From the NCBI RefSeq assembly GCF_026571515.1, contig NW_026854296.1, positions 124,001-188,000 of the forward strand: a stretch of DNA of 64,000 nucleotides, read 5' to 3'. Positions within the stretch are counted from its first letter, which is position 1. Each line of letters begins with the position of its first letter. This document shows positions 26,299 to 39,668 of the stretch, piece after piece. A program made the position numbers and the translations under genes. The stretch comes from Ruditapes philippinarum (lineage: Eukaryota). Under the pieces are notes generated by a model. That model was not told where the DNA came from. It was given only the letters and a program-made list of their open reading frames with translations, and ran no database searches.

Positions 26299-26472
26299 AT
26301 AATTTTACCTCATTTTCTGAATGCAATCAAGCCCCATATTGAGGACCATTGGTGTGATGATTTAGAGAACGCTTGGAAAACAATGTTTGATATAATAATT
26401 TACTACATGAAAGAAGGTTACAAAGAACCGAAACATTGTCATAAAGAGTATATTGTGGAGTCATCGACATAA
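26299..26472 (+). CDS. Globin gene 1, coding exon 3 (helices G-H and C-terminal tail)
   Basis: TATTTCAG acceptor. Translates IILPHFLNAIKPHIEDHWCDDLENAWKTMFDIIIYYMKEGY..., TAA stop. The spliced CDS is 573 nt, 190 aa. Confidence 0.95.
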   Translation: MILPHFLNAIKPHIEDHWCDDLENAWKTMFDIIIYYMKEGYKEPKHCHKEYIVESST

Positions 26473-29400
26473 GCTTGTGATGTGTATTCAAACTGAAAAA
26501 GGGACAAGTGAGAAAATAACAAAAGAAACTGAAACTTACTATAAAATGTTGTGTTAGCGCACACAACTTTAATTGTTTTCTCTCATAATATGTGCATTAT
26601 ATACTAACTTACCATGTCTGTTAACCAATCGCAACTTTTCGGCCCTTTCCGTTAGTCTTCGGATAAAGACCCCGAACACAATAGTATGAATACACAGAAT
26701 AAGGTATTTCGGTCTCACCTACGCTAAGAAACTAGACATGTAAACAAATAATAATTTAATGCTGGTAGATGTTGACGAGTTTATTTCCAATATATCAAGT
26801 AAATGCCCACCTAAAATAAATTAATCCATATAGATACAAAAGCAAACAATACATTACTTGTATATCAATTATTATGGTTGTAGAAACCGAAAGTACAAAA
26901 TGCCAACCTGTTGACATTTAGTTGCATTTGTTGATAATTTTACAGCAGTGGGTATATTTAAATTAGAAATGGTTGTCAGTCATATTTTTAATCATAACTG
27001 TGCCGAAACAGTCTTAATTTTCTTTTGGATGTTAATTATATGTACGTTCGTCTTACATTATGTTTACATCTGAAACCACGTGGTAGAACTACTTTCACTC
27101 CAGATTGTTTCCGATGTTATTTTAGATAATAGCCGACGATGGTTAACTATTATGATAACCAAATAAACCCGTGTTATACATGTATAGTCATAGGACTGTT
27201 ATATAGTTATGCTTTCTTGAGAAACAATCATTGATAAATATTACCTAGAAGATTGTGCCATTTACACCAGACGTACTTAAAATGGGATCTTAATTTTTTT
27301 TACATTTGTCTTTTGAATAGTTAAGCAAAACGGAATTAATTAAAGTGTCCTTTAAGGATAATGGCAATATCCGTTTATTTGTTTTTAAATAAAAATAAAA
27401 CTACTAAAAGTATAAAACATATGTCAGAATAATAGACTCAAGAGATATATTTTACTTTTTTCAAAGGTTTACTTTTTCTAAATTTTTATAATAAAAGATT
27501 TTTATTTCGAACTTTCATCATTATTTGATTTTGTTCATAGCAATGATGCATATAGATTTTGATGCATAGCATAACAACTCTACATATATTATTATACTCT
27601 ATATTTTGTCCTTTGAATGGTTAATGAAAACAGCGGGGAAAGTAATTGTTGTTCTTTTTTTGGCAATGCCAGACTAAATATAGTTCTTTCAATTAAAATA
27701 ACCTTTAGCAGCAACGTTTTAAATATTGCTTTTTGCAAAAAAATACTTGAAATTCTAAAACGTTTCGTTAATTAAGAATGAGATATTTAAAGTAATAAGA
27801 TTCTCAAATTACACGATAACACTTAAAAAAGCAGTTAAAGAGTGTTTCTGTTTTATTTTTATTTGGTTTCAAATCACCCATCACTTAGCATAGGTTATTG
27901 TACTATTTCTGTAAAAAAAAATAAAATAAGCACATGTTCACATCACTATAACTAATTGGCCATAGAAATCATCTCGTTTAGAAATGTGTTTTCCCATTTT
28001 ACATCCAGGTCGCAAAGATCAATTTTATCTTAATCTGATCTTAGCCAGAATAGTTTATTTCCAGTATTTGTAAATAAAAGGTTATTGAAGAATTAAAGCA
28101 AACCCCTAATGACTGATTGAAATTATATATAAAGAATAACGTAAACTGTTTACTAAATGTATAAAAGGTATAGTTTAATATGTTTTGTTGTTTTTTTGTA
28201 CCAGACTGACTCAACCAAACTATAGTTTTTGGGAATGTTGGCCGAGGCTCGATATCATTTCATCTATTTTTGACTGTAGACAGTTTTTCTGAGAATGGTA
28301 GTTTAATTTGTGGAAAGATTTGGATTAGTTTAAACGTTTACAAAAAATGACAGAAAAGTGAAATGTGAATATTAAAAGATGTAGTTACCTGTTTTTTCCT
28401 TATTATTGAAATAAATGTGTTATTGATAAGACAATGCTTATGTGTTTGAAAACTGATTTGTCAGGGCTAAAATATAAATATATCTTAAAATATTTCAAGT
28501 ATCGTCATGCCAAAACGCAGAGGTATAGGATATCATGAAAGGTATTAAAGTGTATAATTATCATGAAAGACTGACATTTGAAGTCACTTTAGTTATGAAA
28601 CTCTTATATGATTCATCACACTGTTTTAATTCTCTGATACATCAAAATTAATTTAATGAACTTTAAAATTAACTGCACAAGATCAAACCTAACATAATAT
28701 AGATATATACAAGTATTGTGAAGAATGGAAACCTATAAAGAAGTTCCATAATTAAAACCGTTGTGGTTTTATTGAGCTTGTTTATGGTTCTTATAAACGG
28801 TAATAAGTGGTAGCTCACGTTCCCTGGCAATGATTTAAAAAACATACTTCATTTTGATATGTAATGCTGTAATTACGAATTTAAAAACGTACACAATGTT
28901 GATATTATTATGACCCTGACCTACCTCGTATTGACTATTTTCGTTTCAATTTCTATGAAATGCAATACTTGCGACAATCAGTAATAATCGGTGGTAAAGG
29001 TGTATTGTGTAGTACTACGTGCGAAATAACATTTCCAAATGCGATTTTCATGTAACAAAATTAAGACTGACAGTGTATTTTGGATATTCAAAACTCTTAT
29101 TAAGGCACACCTTTATTTTCTTTATTTCATTCATCCATTAAAATTAAAAAGGTGTTTGCACTAGATAATGCTACTAAATATAATTTTGTTTACTCAATTG
29201 TTTCTGAAAATTGTATTAAGTTCATGTCTGTAGATATTAAATTTAAAACGCAAAATGTATTAACGAATTTATGTTTGTTAAGATATGTTCAGACACGAAA
29301 AATATAAACCAGTAATTTAATAAGGAAAATAAGTAGTAGTTTTCTATATAAATGTATATCGGGATGAGTAATGATTAATCAATTTGATTTGTCTAAGCAA

Positions 29401-32400
29401 TATCTTTAAAAGCATTTTAATATGGATATCAATAACAATTTGGAAAGAAATCATGGAATAATATTGACTTTCATCAGATAGTATCTAAGTATGTGCATTG
29501 TGCGACACCATCTAGCATGCACTTCCTAATAATGTAAAATAAAAACAGATTCAGTGAAATATTGCGTGTTCAAAATTGCATTTAAATCAAATAACTCATT
29601 TGATATCATATCGTGGTTCCCCCGCAATATCATTACATATAATTGTTCATTCATTCACATCAATCTTACGAGATAGGCATTTACTTCCGTAGTTTATTAT
29701 AAAAACATGTTTATATAAAATTGTCGAACCAGATGTCGATCAACTCGCATACACAGGAAACATAAAACATGATTGTATGCAATTTATCTCTATTTTATGG
29801 TTTTTACCACAGGTCCGTATTTTCTGATTTGTGAGTATACTAACGTGCTTCTAAATGGATTATATGATATTAAGTAGGCATTTTATGTTTATGCGTTATT
29901 TGTTATTTTAGATTCTAAGTTATATAACACCAAAACACACCGAAATCGCTTTTGAACATTGTACATGAGATACTTAGAAAGCCATTTACGAGGTTCCTTT
30001 CTAGGACTTTTATATCGTTGAAAAGAAAAACAGTGATTAAAAAAATGACGCTGATAAAAATATCGTTTTCAAACGGATTAATATTATTAATAATGACTTT
30101 TTTTCACGACAATAAATATTTTCAAATATTTTCATGATATTTTAGTACATATATGTTTATTTTGATTCCCTTTGAAAACGTTTAGAATAATTTATTAAGC
30201 TACACAATTTTATGAAATGACATTACATTAGCAAAAATATTATTGTTAGACTTTTTAATCCTGCTTTTATTTTTGTGTGTTTTAACGAACACTTCACAAT
30301 GGAAATTTGAGTTTGATATTGATTTCAATACATCAGACATTGATCATTTATTTCCATATTTTACTTTTAAAATTACTCATTCATTAGCAGCAGAAAAGAA
30401 AATGAATGCTACAATCATTATGAAAGCTGCTTTATCTTGTAATCAAAGATAATTTCGTCTCATAAGCACTGCATCAAGACTTATCCCTACTAAAATAGAG
30501 TATCCACTTACCTATGACAACTTGCTTACGTATCAGTCTAATATTTTATCTGCATATATATTCCCTTGCTTGAGAAGTCAGTGTAATACAAGTAATGTTT
30601 CGACATTGTTTTAAACACATTGCAGGACATGTGCCATCGTAATGCTTGAAATTCTTAATTCAGTATTTTTTTTTACAGATTTCAATTATTTCAACTATCT
30701 GTTACCTGCTTTGATTAATGAATTTTAAATATTCGTAGTGGTAGCATTTTAAGATAACCCCATTTTAAACAGTAAAATGTTGAGCACATTTAACATCTTA
30801 ATGAAATGTTGCACAATTCAATACATTCTTTAATAGATAAACATATTATTTTATCCAAACAAGAAGGTATGATTTGAAGTCTAATCGGTTTAAGTTGAAA
30901 CACTGCACTCAGTTCATTATGTTGCTCAAAAACATGCAGGACAATTTTCATGCAAAGGTAATTACCAATCATTTATTTCGAACCTGTAAATATTGATTAA
31001 AGTTACAATTTCTTTACATTTGTTTTGACGTACAACATGATTAAATTTAAAACCGATGTACATACTTTCTGAAATGAGCAATACAATAAACTTTTAAAAA
31101 CCAAATGTTTTGTCATTTAAAATTTAGATAATGTATTCTATTCATTTTGGTTTTCTAACGATCCGGTTGACTTGTAAACTTGACAACTGTTGAACAATGG
31201 TACTATCTAAAACGAGTTTTATTTCAAAACAGGATTTATGAATAAAAATATGATAAACAAGATCAACAAGTAAAGTTGAAAAATAACTATACAATACAGC
31301 GAGATAGAATTTATTTTAATAAATAGCAAATCATTAATTTTAAATACAGCACTCAAAGGAATGAAGTTGAAAGAAAAGAGAACGCAAATGGAAATTCATT
31401 TCCGTGTACATTGTATTATATATAGCCTCACATTTCATTAACAATTTATCATCAGATTAAGTTTTGTAAAACTTAAAACACAAAACCTCGCTTCTGTGTG
31501 GATCTGTCTCAGCTCCTTTCTTTTCTTGAATGATTCGACGTTAACAAGGACAAAAATGGCTATGATTTACGTCTAATATGTCAAGATTTTGCTTTGGAAT
31601 GTTCTTATCTCTAGCATTAGATATTACGATAGCTACTGTTTCCGTTGTATGTATCTGAATAAGATCTTTAACACCGAATGTTGTTAACTAGCTGAAATTT
31701 ATGCTTAAAATAGCACCAGATTTTATCTCAATCCCTGTGAAACTTAACTCCCACATAATTTCTTGTAAACTGACAGTTACAGGTCATTGCTGACAAAACC
31801 AATATGTTTGACCAAATACAAGTTTTATATATTTATTCCTGGATACTTGATTTTATTATCTTTTGTATATTTTTACAAACACTATTGAAGTATGTTTAAA
31901 ATTAAAAATAAGATGATGGAAGTATTTTCCTAATTGAAAGTAATCGGATTGGATATGGGTGTGCTGGTTTGTTAAGACAAAATTCTAAAGGTTTAGAGTA
32001 TCAACGATAGATAAGGAAATATCCCATATTGGAAAGACACATGACAAGCTACGCATAGTGCCAAATGGTTACGTTAGTTTTATGACAGGTGATCTTAATT
32101 ATGTGATACGACGAAGAAGCATTTCCCCTGCATGTTACAACTTATAAGAGCATGCATCTAAAAACTGGACCATTCAAAGCAATAATCCACTGATAAGACT
32201 CAATGCTAACAGTGTCTAGCGCTTTTATGGTTGAGTGCCTCCTTATTGCCAGTGTTTATTTAAAAAAAACATAATAAATCACTTGCAGACAAAATTGTGG
32301 ATGTCAGTTGCGCCCCTTCATTCGTAAACATTTTATTGAGCAATGACAAGAATGAATGGAACACAATAATTCAACATCTGTCACCTCACTTCCACTATAT

Positions 32401-33382
32401 TACCATTTAGATAATGCATTGCAACCATTGTTTCCTAGCGATATGTATAACCTGCTTAACATTGTTGATAGTAAAATTACTGGATAAGTTTGAAAAATGT
32501 ATGTGATTAAGAGATACACAAACATTTGCACACATTATAAAATGTTTAAAATCTTCGGTAAATTTTACAGAATTGGAAATAAGAATTATGATAAAGCAAC
32601 GTTTTGCACCAATAATCAAATAATATTTCTTTTGTGAACACAGGTTGTTTTATTTTCATTAGCGACAACGTATGCAAAAAATAAGAAATAAAAAAAATAT
32701 GAAAAATAATAATGCAAAAATCTAAATAATATATAGAATTCAGTAATATAATACTTTCATATATTACTTACATAAATGTAAATGAGCTAAACCTGAGAGT
32801 GGTTGATATTTTTTTCAGAGATTTAACAAAAACCACAATTCACGAATAAGTGGCTGTCAAATAAGCTTGTTGATTATCAACTGTGTTTTGCTTATATAAG
32901 TAAAATCAATATGCTTTTCAGTCCGATCTTTTCCCAAACATTGAAATTTCACTTCACATGAGGCTGGGTGATTGGTTTGGATGGTGTGAACAGTGTCTTA
33001 GTGAGATTATGTTATAGAAAGAAGAAAGACTACGACAGGGAAAAATCGAGATACGCTGGCACTGTTTATAAAATCCGACACCTAAATGATCTTTAATCTT
33101 TATAGAACAGCAGTAAATTTACTGTAGATAACTGATCAACAACGCTTGTTTTCATATCCTGTGCACTGGATTAAGGTATTCGAGTAATATCTTAGCGACG
33201 TAATTTAGCATGACAATTGTTTGATATACTATATGCATTAACATTTAATCTGAGTAAAATATCATCAGCTGTTACAAGCAGGAAATTACGCTTGATAAAG
33301 AATTTAATTTCCTTTGCAATATAATACTGTCTAGATAGATATAGAGCTATTTTTCTTATAAATAATTCATTTCATGTGTTAA

Positions 33383-34148
33383 AGCCCGTCTACACCTATC
33401 CAAGTCTTGAATGCAAGTATCATATTCTCTTGTATTGGATAGTGTAGACACCCTACTTGAATGAGTTTTAAAGAGAAATTATGTGACATCCAAGAAGATA
33501 ATTCCTTGCAAGAAAGTTAGAACACGTTCTATTTTTCTACAAGTTTTTGGCTGTCAAGACACTGATAACACCGGTTTGACACAAAACATGTGCCCGAAGG
33601 TTTGATAGTGCTGTTATTTTTATTATTTTCTGACTTTTTGTTGTTGATTTAGTGTACATGCCCTTTGAATTTCATTAAATGATTACAATGTCTTGGTCAA
33701 AGGAACAAACCAATACGCTGATACACAGAAGAGCAAAAAAAAAAAAAAAAAAAAAAATAAAAATAATTTACATTGTAAAAAAATAAAAAAGAGCTCTTTT
33801 TCAAGTAAAGTCAAAATGGATTTAAAATGATCTTGTTCATTTAGTGAATAACTTTCCTCAAATAAAGAATTTGCATCAAAATAATTTTTTGTCACATATT
33901 TTCAATTTTAAAAAAGAATGAACGGATTTCATTAACTCCATTCTGTTTTAGCTAATTGCATCATTTTCCCGCTTTTTTCACATATTTTACAGAAACATGA
34001 TAGTCTTGCAAAGACAAAGGTATAAATCCTGGGCTATCTTAATGAGACATTTCAGTAAAAATTGTGCCTGAAAAAATGTTTAAAGGGCCATTTATTTAGC
34101 TTATCTAAATGTGACATGTAAGAAACTTGAATAGGTGTAGACACGGCC
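33383..34148. mobile_element. MITE, PIF/Harbinger-like
   Basis: TIRs AGCCCGTCTACACCTATCCAAG and CTTGAATAGGTGTAGACACGGCC, flanked by TAA/TTA (TTAA) on both sides. Subterminal inverted copy at ~33436-33450. Confidence 0.7.
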
Positions 34149-34369
34149 TTAAATGTAGCTAGATAAACGTTTCTATTTATTATATCATGAGCTTGCTTTT
34201 ATGTTAACATTTAAGAGATAGATGACTTCCAAACGTATCCAAATTTGAAATAAAAAAAAATAGTTACTACATCATGTCGTTTAAGCATATTTATGTATTC
34301 AAATCTTAGAGAAATCCTGCCAAATTTTAATAAATTAAACTTTAAAATGTTTGTCTATGTTGTTTTATA

Positions 34370-34724
34370 CTGTTCGGTGACACTTTTGTGTCTCTGGTTG
34401 TTTTCTCGTCTACGGTAAGAATCTACCCCTTTGCCCCTAGTTTTTATCTATTCTATTTACACCCCCAACCTCCCCGGGTCTCGTGTCCCCTTCCCCTGTG
34501 CATTTTGGCTTTATGGGCCTAATATTCAATCATTTATTTGTTTATTTTAGTTCCTTATCAGTTTCTTAGATAGTGGTTTGCCTGCCCGTACTCTGCCTTA
34601 TGCCCTTTCCTGTTTTTGTTTGGGGTCCTCCTGGGCTCCTTGTCACTGACTCTTGTTGCTGGGTCGGGTGGGGGCTGCGTTCATTGAACGCCGCCTTTCC
34701 TTGATGATCTTGTTTATCATATTT
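34370..34724 (+). mobile_element. 3' end of a non-LTR retrotransposon (CR1/Zenon-like tail)
   Basis: GC-richer, pyrimidine-rich block ending GGGGGCTGCGTTCATTGAACGCCGCCTTTCCTTGATGATCTTGTTTATCATATTTT. The same tail occurs at 56508-56583. Confidence 0.55.
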
Positions 34725-35369
34725 TAAGACTTATCAAAGAATGTATGTTTTGATTTGATGTCCTGTCTTACGGTCTTTTGTTATATAACATATAAATTTA
34801 TTTTGTCATTCGATATGGCTCTAGGTTAGTTGCAGGTTAAAAATACACCGTGAAACAATTTCCATAGACAACGGATATTAAAATTATATTTCATATTGTC
34901 ATTATTGAAACCATAAATATAAAACAAAACTATATTTTACATTTTAACTCGCTTCATAATATTTCCCAATCAAAAAGATTAGGCAGGCAAGTGCATAAAT
35001 ACATGATATATGGACAGCATAAAAAGAAATTCTTATACGCAATATGACGTAAATAAACCAAATGACCTCATGATAATTACTTCTATGCTCAATGTAATTC
35101 AACGCATTTTTATCAACTCCCTTTATTAGCATTTTAAATTTGAAATAGATACTATAAGTTCTTGCATTTAAGTATAATAATGCACCATTTAACGTTCCAA
35201 TGTTTTTAATTAATCGCTGGGACCCATCGGCATTCTTTATTATACCATATGCATAAGAGCTCGAAACGTGCAATAATTGTGCAAATACAACAATGCACTC
35301 ACAACTGATATTTACTTACTACTCATTTACAAAATATTTTAATTGTTCTAGATTGTAAAGTTGTTACAA

Positions 35370-35436
35370 AACACGCGCACGCGCACACGCACACGCACGC
35401 ACCAACACACAGACACACACACACACACACAGACAC
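35370..35436. repeat. Compound (CA)n/(CACG)n microsatellite
   Basis: Directly visible. Confidence 0.95.
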
Positions 35437-37196
35437 ATAATGCTCAAATGAAGATTCATCAATATTGGATGTTCCAAAAAGCATTGTTTGTAAAGGTATT
35501 ACCGAATTTACATTTCATGTTTAACTTAATAAAAGATCATTACAAATTTATTTTCTTTAAAGTCTAAGTCAAATTTTTCAATAACAAAGCATATAGTTAA
35601 ATGATTACATATAACGGAGAAAATATTTACAGTACATATTTTACATATTCTTCGATATTTGAAAAATGTTTTAGAAGAATAATTATATAAATTTATAAAA
35701 TTTTACCTAAGTGTGGTAACAACCTTAATTAAAACATCCAGGATCTTCAATGGTGCTGAAATACTTTAGATATATTAAGTATAGGAGAAACCACTTTTTA
35801 TATTTATTAGACAAAGCTCAGTTCTTATAAAAATAAATTATAAAACACATATTATAGAAAGATATTGACAAATAATATCAATAAGATGTATAAAGTTTCA
35901 AATATAACATAAAAAATTATCAAACAGTAGGTTCTTAGAGAAACTTGTTTGTTAGACATAACGAACCATCAGTAAGATACATGCACTTTTCCCTAAGATT
36001 GTGCCAACTTTAGTGATACTATTGTCTTTCATATTCTATCAAACAGATAGCTTTACGTTATCTATCTTGTACATCAAATGTCAAAATGATAGCAACATGT
36101 CTATATAAACGTTGATTGTAAATATATAAAAACAAATAAAATTAATCAAATTGGACGGTTATGGTGCTAAAAATATATATAGTGAAATATAAAATATAAT
36201 ACCATGCACTTTTTTCTATATGCTGTTATCATTTATTTATTACAAAGACGTAGAAATAACTACAAGCGTTTAGTAAATAAAGTAGAATAAAGTGCGTGTC
36301 ATTCGATAATAAGCAGTGTATGGTGCACAGAGAAAAATAGCGCAGTGATCTACTTCGTTTCAAAGAACATTGCAAAACTTGTGATAACCACTTAAGAGCT
36401 AATTTGCTTTCTATTCAATAATAAGAATTACATGCTTAAGACATTTACATCGACAATCCCAGGAAGGAATGTTTAAATGGCGGTTAACGATTGAAAGTAA
36501 ATTATTAAATGCTTTCATACTCGGCTTAATGATGTGCAAGACACTTTTAACAAAATAAATGATTCCTCTGAGAATAAGTTATGTCTACTCTTTATTTGTT
36601 ATTATCGTTAATCTTATGTTATTGATCAGCTATATTCTACTTAAGACTTGCAATCATAACATTATTCAATTTCATCATTATTCTATTATATATCACAAAA
36701 ACGTAAATTGTATAAATTTATTAAAACATTTAAAGCAAAATATCATTAGCTGAGGCTTATCAAAATACATGATTGGAAACAAAATATAAAATAAAAAAGC
36801 ACGAATAAATGTCAATAAATACTGAAGATCCAAATACTAAACATGTAAACAACCATTTAACAATCCATTTTAAATAAATTGTTAAATAGCTTGAATAATA
36901 TGTGTCAAATTGTTAAATATATTTATTTATGAATTATCCATTAACAACGATACAGAAAGAATGAAATTTCAAAGTACCTTAAACATTGAATGTTAAAATT
37001 TCAGTCATATTTTAATGAAGGATGTTCCGCACCATAGCCATCTTGTTCATTTTGCCAGAATGTACAAAATATTTCAATGCATTATTCAGACTATCTTAAC
37101 CTGAATTATCAATCTAATGCAAATATTTTCCGCGAATAAATGTACACCCCATTCAATTTTTTGGCGTAGCTATATTAAAATAGTTTTTGGCCTATA

Positions 37197-38307
37197 CTAG
37201 GGGTGTTCCAAAATCAATGTTACTCGGGTTCTATCTCGTGGAAATCGTGCTATATGAACTCAGATCTAATACAAGTCGATAGCGTGATACCTGGAGGGTC
37301 GTATATGACTATTTGTAGGTGGGTTGGTTGATTGAAGTCGGGACACCAGCAGCTGAAAGATGCTGCTCACACAGGCCGCCCTGCAATAACAACGACAAAA
37401 CATAACATTAAAAGAGTTCGACAAATCCTGAGGAAAGACGCAATTACACTGTCAGGCAGTTAGCTAGAATGACATACTTAGCATGTGTTCATTACATTTT
37501 TAAGAAACAACATCTTGGGCTTAGTAAGATTAATGTTAGGTGGATACCACATTTACTATCTGACGACCAAAAGACCTTCAGAGTTGAATGGCCAAACTTT
37601 TGTTGAAAAAATACCCGAAATACAGCAAAAAGGCCTTCGTTAATTTAGTCCCATGTGACGAAACATGAGTGAAGTTTTACGAAAATGCGAAAATGCCCCT
37701 ATCAAATCCGGGCCACCAAAAACGCAAGGCGCCCTAGCATTGCTAAAAGACTACGAACTGTGAGAAAGGTTTTGTATGTAATATTCTTTGATAACAAGGG
37801 CCCAGTCGTGCAAATTCCTGTGCCGAAAGGTAAAACTGACACAGACAAATACAATAGAGACTTGTATTATGCTAACTTTAGAAACACTATAAACGCCGCC
37901 GCCCACAAACCGGTTTGAAGTACCTCAGACTCTTGCACGACAATGCGCCAGCTCATAAGGCACGAATTGTAACGGAGTACGTCTATTTGAAGGGGAAACG
38001 GTCACTGTCCTCCCCCTCACAAGACCTATCCCTGTGACTATTTCTTGTTCCCCAAACTAAAATTTCATCTGTCTGGAAAAAACTACAAATCAAGAAATGC
38101 TCTGGGCTGTGCCAATTACCAGTATCTTAAGAGTATACCCATTAAAGAGGAAAAGTGTTTCAAAAAGTGGATTGATCGGCTGAAAACGTACATTATGGTA
38201 GAGGGGGGGGGGGGGTGTTCTTTGAGGGCAGGGCAAGTCAAAATGATCTAAACGACTTATATCAAAGAGAAAACACAAAAGTTACATCGATTTTGAAACA
38301 CCCCTCG
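37197..38307 (+). mobile_element. Decayed Tc1/mariner (mariner-family) transposon
   Basis: TA TSDs at 37195-37196 and 38308-38309. ~27-bp TIRs C(T/G)AGGGGTGTT(C/T)CAAAATC(A/G)ATGT. Transposase motifs RWIPHLL, CDET*, LLHDNAPAH and DL..CDYFLFPKLK are broken by stops and frameshifts. Confidence 0.95.
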
Positions 38308-39668
38308 TATTTGTAAGCAACTGGTAAGCTATAAAACCTTCAGCAATTAACTTTAAGAATGTTTACCATTGGTTTTAAGGGCGGCAGTTACGTAAGCTTA
38401 GGACAAGCTTTGTGAATTTTAGTTCAAGCGTCTCTAAGAATAAAATTCACAAAAATAAACAATTTTAAATTATTCCAAAGCAGCAGATAAAATTTAAAGG
38501 GCAATGATATACCATATACTGTCTTTGGATGGGCATTATGTCACTTTAAATATATTATGTATGCAAAATATTTCTTCTATTCCTCTTTAGATTAAACAAA
38601 ATTATACCGATGTTTGATTGAACGGAAGAAGAAATATGTGGCATGTCATATTCAACATGAGTTTCAATGATTCTTATCCGAATCGTTGTTAAAATTCTAT
38701 TGGGAGATCTGAAGTCGTATGCCAAACTTTACTGCAGACTTAGGGATAATCACCATAATGTCATGTCGAAATGATCTTACACATTCTGCTCTTAAAACGC
38801 TTTCACAAGATCTTTCTTTCTTTACGTGAACATCTCGCAAATTCCAATAATTACGGTCGTCTCTTACATCGCCTTTATATTCTCAGAATGCCCCGAAAAC
38901 ACTTATTTTGATGTCTGTTTGTAATCACAAATGAAAACTAAATATATATAAGATGTTTTCTTATATTTTCAAATACTAATACACTGTATATTTTTGTCAC
39001 TTGAATTATAACACGGTTCACAGGATCTTGTTCTTTTGCTTTACGTGAAGCGATCTCGTGAAATTCCAATAATACGGTCGTCTTCTTTACATCGAAAACA
39101 AAACGCTCATAACAATAGAGCAAACTGTAGTTGAGTGGAAAACGCAACGGAAAACGGATTGTAAATTAACAGTCTAGCTTAAACGAAATCACTGACGCAA
39201 ACAACATTAGTGCAGTTTATGATAGAAAACACTGCGATATTTCTAAATGAAGACATGTGTCGAGCCAGGCAGTTGACTAGTTTGATACTAGATTATAAAT
39301 GTTGAATTCAGTTGTGTATTTTAGTTGCTAGAAATATTGTCAATATATAAGCATATAATATGACTTTTCGCAAATAGGAATTTTTAATCAAGCTTTGAAA
39401 TGCCACTCAGCATTGGATTATATATTTTAAAAGAAGTTACACAACATGAACACAAAACAATATGTAAGCTTTGTATTGCGATGCGGAGTCAATGCGAACT
39501 GAATTGATGCAACTGTGAAAATAGAAGCCATCCCATTTATTAGTATTCTATCTTTTAAAATACCTGAATTGAACCCTTTTATCAAAGTTTATTGTTTTTT
39601 TTTAATTTAAGTGCAATAGATTTAATATTTGTAATGTCTTTAGAATATTCGTGAAATGGGATGATAAA

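Noticed and set aside
26815-26820. AATAAA as the globin 1 polyadenylation signal, and scattered RCGTG hypoxia elements
   Set aside because: Too frequent by chance in AT-rich DNA to call without transcript or ChIP data.
37685-38251. SETMAR-like host gene
   Set aside because: These are only broken transposase fragments between mariner TIRs, with no SET domain.
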